Assembly (NCBI GenBank): GCA_001643675.2 | Contig: LSRY02000025.1 | Coordinates: forward strand, 1,116,001-1,180,000 | DNA length: 64,000 nt | Direction of reading: 5' to 3' | Source of the DNA: Monocercomonoides exilis PA203 | Taxonomy: Eukaryota; Protista; Preaxostyla | Part shown: one piece after another, positions 52,901 through 64,000 of the stretch | How the letters are laid out: every line of letters begins with the position of its first letter | Position numbering within the stretch: the first letter of the stretch is position 1 | Position numbers and translations under genes: made by a program | The notes under the pieces: model-generated | Told to the model about the DNA's origin: nothing | Databases searched by the model: none | What the model saw: only the letters and a program-made list of their open reading frames with translations

Positions 52901-55191
52901 CTTTCACAGGCAAAACAGGCAGACAATTTGAGAGTGCCAATGTGAAGTCTCGCAACATTCAACCAGCTGCAACAGTGCCATTCCAAACACAAGCCAACAA
53001 CACATCCAATCTCTCCTCTTTGTCTTCACTGTCTGCTCACCAAGCACTGCTTTCTCTTTCTCTTCATGCCTCTCATCACACTCCCCAAGTTGCTAAGGCT
53101 GCGCCTCTTTCTTCGCATTCCATTCGAACACTGTTTGTGTTTGATTCGCCGTCTGGTGCTGAGCAAGAACTTCCACAAAAGACACAAACAAACAGAATTG
53201 TTGTCTCAAATACAAATCAGTTTTACTCTGCTCATTCGCCCGTTTTTTCTTCATATTCTTCGATTGAAGGGCCGACGCTGCAAGATTTTGTTGATGAGGC
53301 CAAAAGAGAAGAAATGAGAGTCAAAATGAATGCAGGCACACTCATCAAGAAGATGAAAAAGAACAAGCAAATGCAGAACGGAAGAATTGTTGAGGAAGAA
53401 AAGGGAAGGGTTTGGTTTGATGCAAAGAACAAGACCAACGACGGATCTGAGGACGAGAGTGAAAACGATGATAATTCTGATTCATGTGAAGACTTGGAAG
53501 AAGAAAACGAATATTTTGATGAGTTTATCCAGGCCAATGAAATGGAAGCTTCAGATGAAAAAACGCAGTCAATTTTTGACAGTTCGGACGATGCATCAGA
53601 ATCAGAAGTGACAAAATATGTGGTTCATCTGCTGATGAAAAAGGTGCATAAAATAAGGGCAGACGGAAGCGGATGGGAATACGATGGAAACAGAATGGCT
53701 TTGGATGAAGAGTTGGAGGAAGAAGAAAACAAAGAAAGAGAAAGAGAAAGAGAAAAAGAAAGCGAAGGAAACAAGGGATTGATTGAACAGGAAAATGCGT
53801 CTTCAACAGAAAGTGAAGAAATTACAAGTGAGACGAACAATGGACAGGAAAGAGATCAGATACAAATTGGAGAAAACGATGAAATTCCTCAGGAAAGCAA
53901 TGAAAACACAGCTGAACAAGTTCAAAGTGAAGCGATGAGCGGAGACACGAATGAGGCAAATGAGAGTGAGACTCAACAAGAAATTGAGAGGAGTGGAGAA
54001 GAAGCGAGTGATGAAGAAGCAGCACATCCGATGGACAGCACAGAGCAGCCAGACAATTCTGAGCAGCAGACACACAACGAGGGAACAGAAAACACTGATG
54101 AGAATAACAACAGCAGCTCAGCTTCCGAACAAGCAGCAGAAGGAACAGCCACTGTGTCAGAGGATGTGATGGAGAGCAGCGCAGAAAGAGAAGAAGCAAA
54201 TAACAGTCAGGAAGCAAAAGCAGAAAGACAGCAAAAGGCGCTGGATGTCATCATGAAGCCAACAAAATTCATTAAGCGCTGCACAAACGGAAAGGACATG
54301 GAGAGGTGGGTGATGGTTTTGAACATCGGGAAAGAGGAGAAAGCGTCTTCTTCAAATGCTTCTTCTGCTTCCTCTTCGTCTTTGAAAGCTCCTCAGACAG
54401 AAACGCCCAAACATTCAACAGCCTCTTCTGCAAAAGCTGTTTCGTCTGATTTGGATGAATCTTCATATGACTTTGTGAGCACAGATGAGATTCCTCCTGA
54501 CGATGAAGACGAAGAAGAGGAGGAGGAAGAAAAAGAAAAAGAGAAAGAGAAAGAGAAAGAGAAAGAGAGAAAAGATGAACCAGACAAAGAAGGAAATGAT
54601 CAACCAGATACATCGTCCTCTTCCTCTTCCTCTTCGTCTTCATCATCATCATTACCGTCTTCTGAATCTTCCTCATCTTCTTCCTCATCTTCTTCACCTT
54701 CGCCAATCATTTCACCTTCCACCACTTCACCCACATCTGCACACACACTGAATTCCACTTCTTCCTTGCCGTCTTCCTCTTCGTCTCAGCAAAGTTTGAT
54801 TCGTCTTTCATCACTTGCTTTCTTTTGGCTGTCATCTTTTCCGTCAAAACTTCCAACGAAGCCGCCTTCAAAGCATCTCCTTCTGTCTGCGCTGAACGAT
54901 GTGTGCAAGGGGAGACAGACTGAAATCTTCAAAAAGAAGAAAACAGCTGTCAGATCAAAATATGAGGCGCAGCTGAATGAATGGAAGAAAAAAGGCTCAA
55001 AGGGTGATCCACCAAAAGTTAGCAGCGAATTAAGAGAAGAAGAAGAAAATTCATTTTCACTTCTTTTTGATCAGAGATCGGTCGATTTGGTTGCTGAGTC
55101 AAAAGCAATGGCGGATGAATGGGCAAATGCGCTGTCATTGCTTATTCAAAAGGAAATCGCACAGTCACAGATACTCCAAAGTGCTGAATAA
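48958..55191 (+). CDS. Very large acidic/Ser-rich protein with C-terminal PH domain (PLC/Mcp5-type)
   Basis: 2077-aa ORF with PH motifs TKFIKR..ERWV, FFW..HLLLSALNDVCKGRQTEIF and SFSLLFDQRSVDLVAESKAMADEWANALSLL. Confidence 0.75.
50671..50730 (+). repeat. Coding 9-bp tandem repeat (GAAGAAAGA)n encoding EER repeats
   Basis: About six consecutive perfect units. Confidence 0.85.
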
Positions 55192-55373
55192 ATTTTGGAT
55201 GAATAAACTAAAGAGAAAATGAATTGTTTTTATTTATTTTTGATTCTTTTTGTTTGCGTTTATTCTATTTATGGAAATATTAACGGTGTTTTATTTATCA
55301 ATTTAATTTTTTGAAGAAAAATAAATTTAATTTTGGGAATTACAATGGATCTCTAGGGCTTTTTCTCCATAAA

Positions 55374-58300
55374 ATGACTGAGTCACAGATAAGTGTTCCA
55401 TTGGTCCAAATTGATATATTATCTTTTATCTGCTGTCGATGTGTCGCTTTGGACCAATTGTTATACACAAAGCTAGATTCAAATAAAGCAGTTCCATTTA
55501 TTCTGCACCAATTCAATGAAATATCCCTTTCATTATCAAATTGGCAATCAGAAATTATATTTGAAATTAATTTTAAAGCAAAAGAAGCGACAGATTTTGC
55601 TTATATTTCGTTTCGATTGCGAGATTTATTAAGTTTTGATATTTGTGAATCCTCTGAATCTTTATTACAAAATAAATCTTTAAACCTTGGAGAGACCGAT
55701 GAAATATATTCGTTGAGAGCGAAAGTTTTGCCCTCATTTTTCATCTGTTTAGATTTTTGCGACAATTTGGAACAAATCTATTTAAGAGCATCTGAATCGG
55801 AGAAGGATTTATATGAACAAATTGTCTTTGAGCTTAAAAAGTGGCATCGCATATGTTTGGAAATACCGCTTAAAACATTTTCGTTGTTGTTTGCTACAAT
55901 TACATCTCTGTCATTTGAACAGCAACTTCAATTTCCATTTAAAATGAAAGTTCCACAACATGAAATCTGTCCGCTATGTGATAATTTTTCTGAAGCCCTC
56001 TTGTCAAATGATGGATCTGCTCAAAAAGATGTTAAAGGGAATATCAATGTGCATGTACTTGAATTTCATCAATCAACGAGTTCTTATCTAATTGATCGAG
56101 AATTGAATCAATATTTTAAATTGCTAAGCACATTCACGGACAAGTACACAATGGTCTCTACAGTTATATGGTTCAGATTATTTCATCCATATCCATCATC
56201 GCGATATGATTTTCCATCTTCTTCAATTTGTGTTGAATACTTTTCTGTTCTTCATAATACACTCACCGGAGCACCTATTTTACAGAGCCTTCAACCCACA
56301 AACCCCACAAATAAAAGTAATTCTTCTTCTTCTTCCTCCTCCTCCTCCTCCTCAACTCTATTTCCTCGACTATCTTCGATACGTCATCCTCCAAATATTG
56401 CTCCAGTCACTCCTCTGCCAAATATCCCAACACAAGTCATCACGCACAGTCTCTCAATGCCGCTTCATTCTGTGACAATTGGTCAATTTCAAGTGATGGA
56501 TTCGCGACTTGTACCAGAAGACGACCGGTGGAGTGTATTCATGTCTTCAACAGATGCCACTACTAACAAATATATGAAGCGAATGATGAACATAAGGCAA
56601 AGAAAATGTTTGAATATAACCTTAAATGGATATTCATCAACTGAACAATCACAAAGTGCGTCTTCTGATTCTTCAGATATATCAGCATCTGACAAAGAAG
56701 TAAATGACTTTTCCACAAATGAATGGAGTCAGCCCGTGTTTCATAGAAATCGTCTTCTTTCCTCAAAATATCAGATGAGAATCAGTCTGACATACTGTGC
56801 TGTGACAGGTTCAGAGTCGCCATTGATCGAGGCAGGCATTGCACTTGCAAACAAAAGCAATTTTTCAAAGATGGATGAAGCTACTGAAGCTTCATCTGAC
56901 TATTCAGTAAATGCTTCTCAACAATGTGCAGATGTTAATGAAAAGAACAGAAATGAATTGGAATCGAAATGCAAAAACGAAACATTACAAGAAGAAGAAA
57001 GGAAGTTGAAACAATTAAAAGAAAAGTACAAATTCCTTAAGGCTGTTTCGTCTCTTGACAGTCAGACACTTCTTGGTTTGTTTTTATTCTTTTATTAAAA
57101 TTGTTTGATTATTATGATTTTTTTGAAACACAAATTTTTATACAAATTAGGAAAATCAAATCAAAATCAGTCTCAGTCAATCAGCGGGTATTCGATGAAA
57201 TTGAGAGAAATGGACATACAAAGGGGGATGATGAAACTGCAACAAGACGCCTTTTCTGGTGATTGTGATGAAGAATTAATCTTGTCAAATTATGATGAAG
57301 AAAATAGTTTGGATTCGCCATCCGAGAAAAGAAGCATAAAGATGCGTTTGAGATCTGATCAGGATGTAGTTGCATACATGCTCAATGAAGAAGAACAAAA
57401 AGAAGACTCGGAGTTACTAACAAGCTCCGAAGAACAAAAATTGCTCTCTGCAAATGAGGATAAAAGATACAACAGCAATGCTTGCCATATCTATCCGGTG
57501 ATTGCATCAGCCCCTGTAACAGAGCCTGGACTGAATGAAACAGCAGCACATGCCACAGAAACATATCGTGTGCAGGACCATTTAGTATCTTCTACGAGTG
57601 GAATGCAGCTTTCTCGTTCTGACTCATCTTATTCAAGTTCTGATGCACATTCTGCTCAGAAAGCTGCTCTCCCTTTTCTTTCGACGATAGCCTCGCCTGT
57701 TTCTTCCGCTTCACGCACTTTCATGTTCAACACAGAACTGGATGCTTCGATGGCAATCCAGCAGATGAAGAAAGATGTGCGCAGATTGGATGCATTTCGG
57801 ATTGATGTATGTTTAACGCCACTTCCTCTGAATGGAACGCCCTTGCCTCATCCGAATTGCTATGTTCAGTATGACTCCTTCAAGGAGCAGGACAATGATT
57901 CGAAAAAAGTGAATCAGCAGACACAACAAATTGAATCAGCAGAGTCTTCACCTTTTAGAAGCATATCTTTGGAGAATAAATCTGTTGAAGAGGAGATACA
58001 GAATTTGCATCAAAAGATATTTAAAGCAGATTCAGATGAGTCGCAATCAATGCAACTGTCAGAAGAATCATCAACAGAAAAAGAAAATAATAACATGGAG
58101 AGCGAAGAAGATAGCAGCCCTTCTGACAGCTGGAGCTCAGACGAAGAAGACAAGAAATTGGATAGTTTGAGTGAGTTGCTTTCGCTGCAAGTAACGCACA
58201 CTCACAAAAAACGAGGAAGGCCACCAAAAGAGAAATCCGCGATTATCAAGCAATTGAAAGAATTGAAGCTCTCCAAACAGTCGAAACATAAACGGAAAGA

Positions 58301-61300
58301 GCATATTTCGAGAAGACTTCCTCAGCAAAAAAATGATATTCAAAAGAAACGAATAAAACTTTTTTCAAAGAAACTGCAAAATATATCTATATCTTATTTG
58401 GATCAGCTTCCATCCACAATTTATCCTTCTCTTTCTCTTCAGTCTCTCCTCTCTGCTCCTCCGACTCTTTCATTAACTCAGCTGTATGCCTCCTCTCTCT
58501 ACTCACATCACAACTCTCACCAGTCGCCTTTGGACACTTCACTACTTTCACAAGATCTCACCCGCTCAATCGTGCCTGCTTCACTTCCTTCCAGTCTTGC
58601 CGAACAAGCAGCCGCGCTAATATCACACAGTGCTTTCCCCACTTCATTCTATGATCCACAAGACCCAGCTCAAAGTCCTGCTTCCTTATCTCTTAGCGCA
58701 GTCGCCTACACAGCCAGCCTCCTTCAGAGCAAAGACGATGATGATCCTATCTCATCAGCAGATGCTTCTATCACTTGTGATCCTATTCCACTGCCATCCA
58801 TCCGCTTTTCATATTCTGTCCCTTTCAGTGCAATCACTCACATCGATGTTCAATCGCCTCTTTTATCCTCTCTTGCTGCTGCTGGTGATGCTAAAGCATT
58901 TATCCCTTGGCTGGCCGATGCAGATGGACAGTTAAAAACTAGTGGTGAATCACAAAATCATTTTTCTTTCGATTCTCTTTCTTCTCTATCTGATTCAATC
59001 GCAGTTATTGACTTCTACCATCACGAAAAAAGACATGGAATGACTTTTGAAATGGATCCGCCAATTGAGTCACTTCCGCAGTCTTTGATTGACAATCCTC
59101 TTTTCCTTGCTGAGATGCTCCATCTCAAATCCTTTTTCACCCTTGCCCAAACGGACCTTGCACCACAACGAATTGTACTGTCGCTCAACTCCAGCGGTGC
59201 CCTTCGCACATTTATGCGCTGCATCTACAGCCATCCGCGTCTCTATCACCTCGCATTCACTTCTCCATATAGCGGTATGTTGCCACAGTTCCATATAAAA
59301 GCACAGCAACTCAGACAAGTTTTAGCAAACAGGAAAAGGCAAATGCTTTCAGAAGAAAGCAGTCCGTCCGCAGATATTGTGAAAGAAGATCATGAACAAG
59401 TTGTCAGAAATGAAGCTCCACAAAATGAAAATTCGGAAAATTCAGAGAATTCTGAGCACAAGCAAGAGAGCAACACAAACAGTACAGATTACTCTTCAAC
59501 TTCGATTGATCCAAATATTGAAAGCTTATTTGGATTGAACACACCTTCACAATGGGAAGCTCCAGAAATGCAGCCGATGTACTCTCCATTCGTTGGGCTA
59601 TTCGACGCAAAGCATCATCAAAATTTAAACAAGGATCAACAAAACATTTCAGAAGAACAAGAAAAAGAGCAATCACAAGCATATTTTTTACCAACTCCAT
59701 CATCCTTTTTCATATGTCATGTGTGCTCTCAGAGGTTTGTTACACTTCAGCTTCTTCAATATCATCTTTATGAGCAGCATTTCGATCAACACTCAGACAC
59801 TTCATATTACAACTTCTTTGATTTTTCACTCACCCCTCCCATTCCACTTGGCTTTCCTTCTCGTTTCATTCAATTTCCAAGCAACAAAGACAATTCATCA
59901 TCTTTGTTGTTAAATTCCACATCTCCTCCTTTCACAATCACTTCAACGCAACACTGGATTAGTTCTGCTCCATTCTTTCATCCATCTGCTCTTGTTCGTT
60001 CGAATCGTCCATTTGCTGTGTATTTTCCTGAGAAATTGGACGAAAACATCTTCTTGTCTGAGCAATTGAGAAAGCAATTAATTACCCATTCACCAATCGA
60101 GCAGTCGCTTCGCCATTTGAATAAAGAATCCTTCATTTTGTGTGAAAATGAATCAACAAAAGCTAATTTCTCAGCGTTGAAAAGAGATATTGCTGAGAAC
60201 AGCAAATCTCTGTTGCAAAAAGAGGCACAACATCTTTCTAAAGCAGAAGAAAAGGATAAAGAAACAACAAACTCTGCACTTTCTTCGAAACTGTCAACAT
60301 CTAATAACATTTCAGAAGCAGAACATGCTTTTAATATTCATATCCCTTCCGTTCCTTCTTTCATCTCTCCAGTTAGCAACGTGAAAGTTCAGCCGATCAA
60401 TACAATCCACGTTATAACTGGGCAGACTACTCTTCAGACGAAGAAACTGAATCAGCCGACTTGCTCATTTGCCATTCAGCAAATGGATTTTTCAACAGGA
60501 GCAAACAACACACATCCAATTGCGCCTCCTTCACTGCCGTATTTGGATGACATAACTATTCCTCTCTCACAGCTGATGCTTGGTGGACTCACATACTTGT
60601 CTGGAACAACAGCTGATGTCGCACTGGAAATAGCTCCTTCGAGGGGGCTTTTCATTTACAGAATTAGACCCTTTGAACTTTTATCTTCACAATTCTTTCA
60701 CTGCATTGATGTTCCTTTTCAAAGCATTCTATCGGTGGTTGTTGGAACAGAACGAGGAAAGCGCGGAGAAACTGGTGAAAGGAATACTGCAGCAATTACA
60801 GGAAGTATTCACCCTCACAGATCAAAGCATTACGAGAGGAATGAGTGGGAGGTTGGCACAAGTGATAGTGCTGCAAGGTCTTCGGCAATCAACGTAGAAG
60901 AACATGATAGCAATTCGAATGGGCATAACTCGGGACAAGGCACTGGCAGCAAAGGATCCAATATGTTATCAGCAGACGAGTCAAGTGAAGATGAAGACAG
61001 CAACGAAGAGAATCCGGAGCAATGGAATGGCTTATCAGATTGGGAAGAATGGAAGCCCACACTGGAAATAACAGTAGCTGCTCCACCGACATTTCGCTTG
61101 TGTGCCACAAGTGGTTCGAGAGAAATGTACGTTCCACAACCAGATTTTTCGGAGGAAAACGAGGCTTCAACAACGCAAAGGCATCTCCTTCGTTTTTATT
61201 CTGTCGCTGACTTTGAACAAGTGCTGAAAATGATGGAGCATCATTCTGGTTTTTATACTCTTTTCATGCAATCGAACTTCAGCAGGATCATTCCTCCGCT

Positions 61301-64000
61301 TCCTTCCTTTCCTCATTACGATCCTTTGACCTCTCCTTTTGAGACTGTTGATCAATACTCAAGGATTCTTCCTGACTTATGGATTATCTCGTGCACTGCC
61401 ACTGGAATAGATACTGATTCACAGAGCAAAATATCAATTGGAGCAAATGATATTGTTTCAGATTGGATGAATCATCAAGTGGAAAGCAAGATGAGCAGGA
61501 AAAGCAATATTGGCCAAGAACTGCAATTAGCTGAGATATCTGCGAAACAGGAAATGAATTCCATGGCTTACGATCAGAGGATGGAATTTGAGGAAAGTCT
61601 GATTAATGGTGATGATTATGATGAAGACAACATAAGAGCTCAACTACAATTACAACTATCATCGCATCATCTTCGATATCAAACGCAACACAGACCATTT
61701 CAGAGTCATTTTTTCTCAATGCTACATGCACCTCCTCCTTCGTCTGTTACAATCTATGAAGTTCAGCCTTGTTATTTCTTTCGTTCTGTTCCTTCTGAAG
61801 CATCACTTATTCGTTTTTTGCATCCACTCTACACTTCTCCAATTAAAAATCCAGGGCCTATTCTTTTCTACAGGCCAAAAGACAAAAGCTTACTTCCCCG
61901 CTTTACGCAATGGAACAATGAACGGATGAAAGAGCGCAGAAGAGGAACTGGCTGGTGGTTGGAAGACCGCCACATATCGCCTTCACATAAATCATTTGGG
62001 AAAGTCGTTCGATATTCTTTGTATAAGAGAAACAAGCAGGACAGGGAAATAGTTACACAAATCTTTGAAAAGAGAAAAACAGAATCGCTAAGAAGAGACA
62101 ACCATTTGTCATTTCTTCATGAGATTCCTTCACTTTTGGATACAAAAGTACTTATTGTTGAACAGAAACATTCCAAAAATTCATCGATTTCTTCTTTGAC
62201 TGTCTTGTCACCAACTGAATCAACAGCCATCCAACAATCACATCTATCAACATCTCAACTGGACGGTATACAGAGTTCAGATTCCAGCGCTATTCTTGAT
62301 CTTCCTTTGTTCACTCAATCAATTGAAAGGGCCCGCCAATATGATTCTGCACAAGGTGAGAGTCAGCAAGAGAATCAAGATGTGCAAGTATCTAAAGGCT
62401 TATTATCTATGAATTCTGGAGGAAGTGATAGTTTAATCCTTCAGACAATAGAACATTCTTCGAATAATCTCACTCGCTCGCATTCACTCAGAAGTTCTTC
62501 TCCAACCCGATCAAAGACAGTAGCCCGTAGTTCGACTATGAGAGAAGTATCTTCTTCATCTGCTTCATTGGATTCTTCTGATTCATTAGATATTTTGCCT
62601 TTTTCTTATTCAACATCTTCATCTTCAGCAGCGTCAAGATCAAATTCTATATCTCCTTCAAAGAATCTGAAAAATAATCAAAAATTTAACATTGAAAACG
62701 ATTCGATGCAGATGCAACTTCAGAAGAATCAAACTTCTATTACTTCTTTAATTATCGACCATGAAGAAATAATTGAAAACATTCTTCCATCTTTCATTGC
62801 CAGACAAAGGCAAAAGCAGTATGATACAAAAATTAAAGCACTTAAAAGCTTGTCAGTGAGAAGAATGAAAGAAAAGAATTTGAATTTGGCAGTATCTCAG
62901 AATTTACAGCAAAACGTTTTAAGTAGTGGGAACAGCATGAAAGGAGAATCACATAAAGCAGATGAAATGTGGAGTGACAACGATCTTAATGGAGATGGAG
63001 ATGGAGATGAGGATATGATGCTAACAGAAGACGATTTCTTTGAGCAGACTGGTATTCCGCCGATTATGGACTCTTGTGAAATATCACTAAAGAGGGTGTT
63101 CTGCAAATGCAATGCTGAGAGGAAGAAGCAGCGTGCTCGCTTGAAGCAGTTGTATTTGAAGACTAAGCACACACTTGTTGGATGGTCTGAAATAAGCGCC
63201 CGCTTAAAATCTGCTCCTTCTTGCACAGATATCAAATGGCTTGAAGACATTGGCCAATCAGGTATGAGTTTTATATTTTCTTCAAAAAATAAAATTCCAT
63301 TAAATTTTCAAATTTGTCAAACATTAATCGAAAAATTTTATTTATCGATAATTTGAAATTTTTTAGTTTATCAACCTGTCACATGCCCTTGTCTTGCTGC
63401 CGGTGAGCCTTGTTCCCCAGCATGTGATTGTGACGGATGTAACAATCCTCTAAATGAACTTCCGTTATCGCACATGTCATTTTGCTGTCGTGGAAATCTT
63501 CTTGCATATCTCCTTTGCTTGCGAAGAGGAGAGCTTTCTGTTACTCTTCTTCTTCCGTGTAAACGACCTCATCATTTGAATGTGACTTCATTGATTCGTT
63601 ATCCCTCTGCCTCTTCAACACTTTTACCACCACTTGCCGGACCTGATTCAAGTACATCCATCGCAGCCACTCAACCATCTGGAGGGCAAGAACAGAAAAG
63701 TTTAAAGCTGATTAACTCTGCAGATCAAGGCTCGTTATGTTATAATGAATGGAAGTGCAGCTGTGGCGAAGTTTTCTTTTATTCTTTTTGTCAAAAAGAA
63801 GTTCTCTCAGTAAATGAATGGTGGCATTGTGATGTTTGCAACATGTGCAGAAAAGCAAGCTTCTCTCATTGTGCTTTGTGTAATCATTGTTCACCACAAG
63901 ACCAACTGGGGTGTGTGTTCTGCACAAACAGAACCGCTCTGATAGAGTGGAAGCGAGTGAATGATGGACTTGGAACAAGACGCTCATTACGTTCACAAGA
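55374..64000 (+). CDS. Large putative chromatin/DNA-binding protein (AT-hook, C2H2 finger, CXC domain, Cys-rich CTCHY-like finger); 3'-partial
   Basis: ORFs 55311 and 57105 join by intron ~57076-57150. A third exon starting ~63367 reads CPCLAAGEPCSPACDCDGCNNP..CSCGEVFFYSFC..WHCDVCNMC..HCALCNHC. Other motifs are KKRGRPPK and CHVCSQRF..HLYEQH. Confidence 0.75.

Noticed and set aside
63712-63996. 94-aa minus-strand ORF
   Set aside because: It is antisense to the Cys-rich + strand exon, which carries the convincing motifs.
1-64000. Alternative genetic code (TAA/TAG = Gln) as known in some oxymonads
   Set aside because: Genes end cleanly at TAA/TAG (kinesin CVIL-TAA, DRC9), and multi-kb ORFs contain no in-frame TAR.
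1-64000. U12-type or AT-AC introns; CRISPR arrays or prokaryotic operons
   Set aside because: All introns I reconstructed are GT-AG without RTATCCTT. No repeat-spacer array is present, and the gene structure is eukaryotic.

Overview
Eukaryotic, gene-dense protist DNA read in the standard genetic code. It has AT-rich intergenic regions, short GT-AG introns clustered in the 5' parts of genes, and very large poly-Ser/acidic low-complexity exons. This style resembles an oxymonad such as Monocercomonoides (inference only). About 15 protein genes can be reconstructed: a ULK/CAMK-like kinase, TBCCD1, a kinesin-3 ending in a CaaX box, a GEX1/KAR5-like nuclear-fusion protein, an OB-fold + U-box protein, a giant two-domain papain-like pseudoprotease, DRC9/IQCG, a PH-domain protein, a CXC/zinc-finger chromatin protein, and several hypotheticals. 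Non-coding elements missing from the ORF track are a complete U2 snRNA (13255-13445, -), a box C/D snoRNA guiding LSU P-loop G methylation (~8507-8580, +), and a 482-bp MITE with 25-bp TIRs and an 8-bp TSD (48192-48673). All exon structures and family calls were made by eye.
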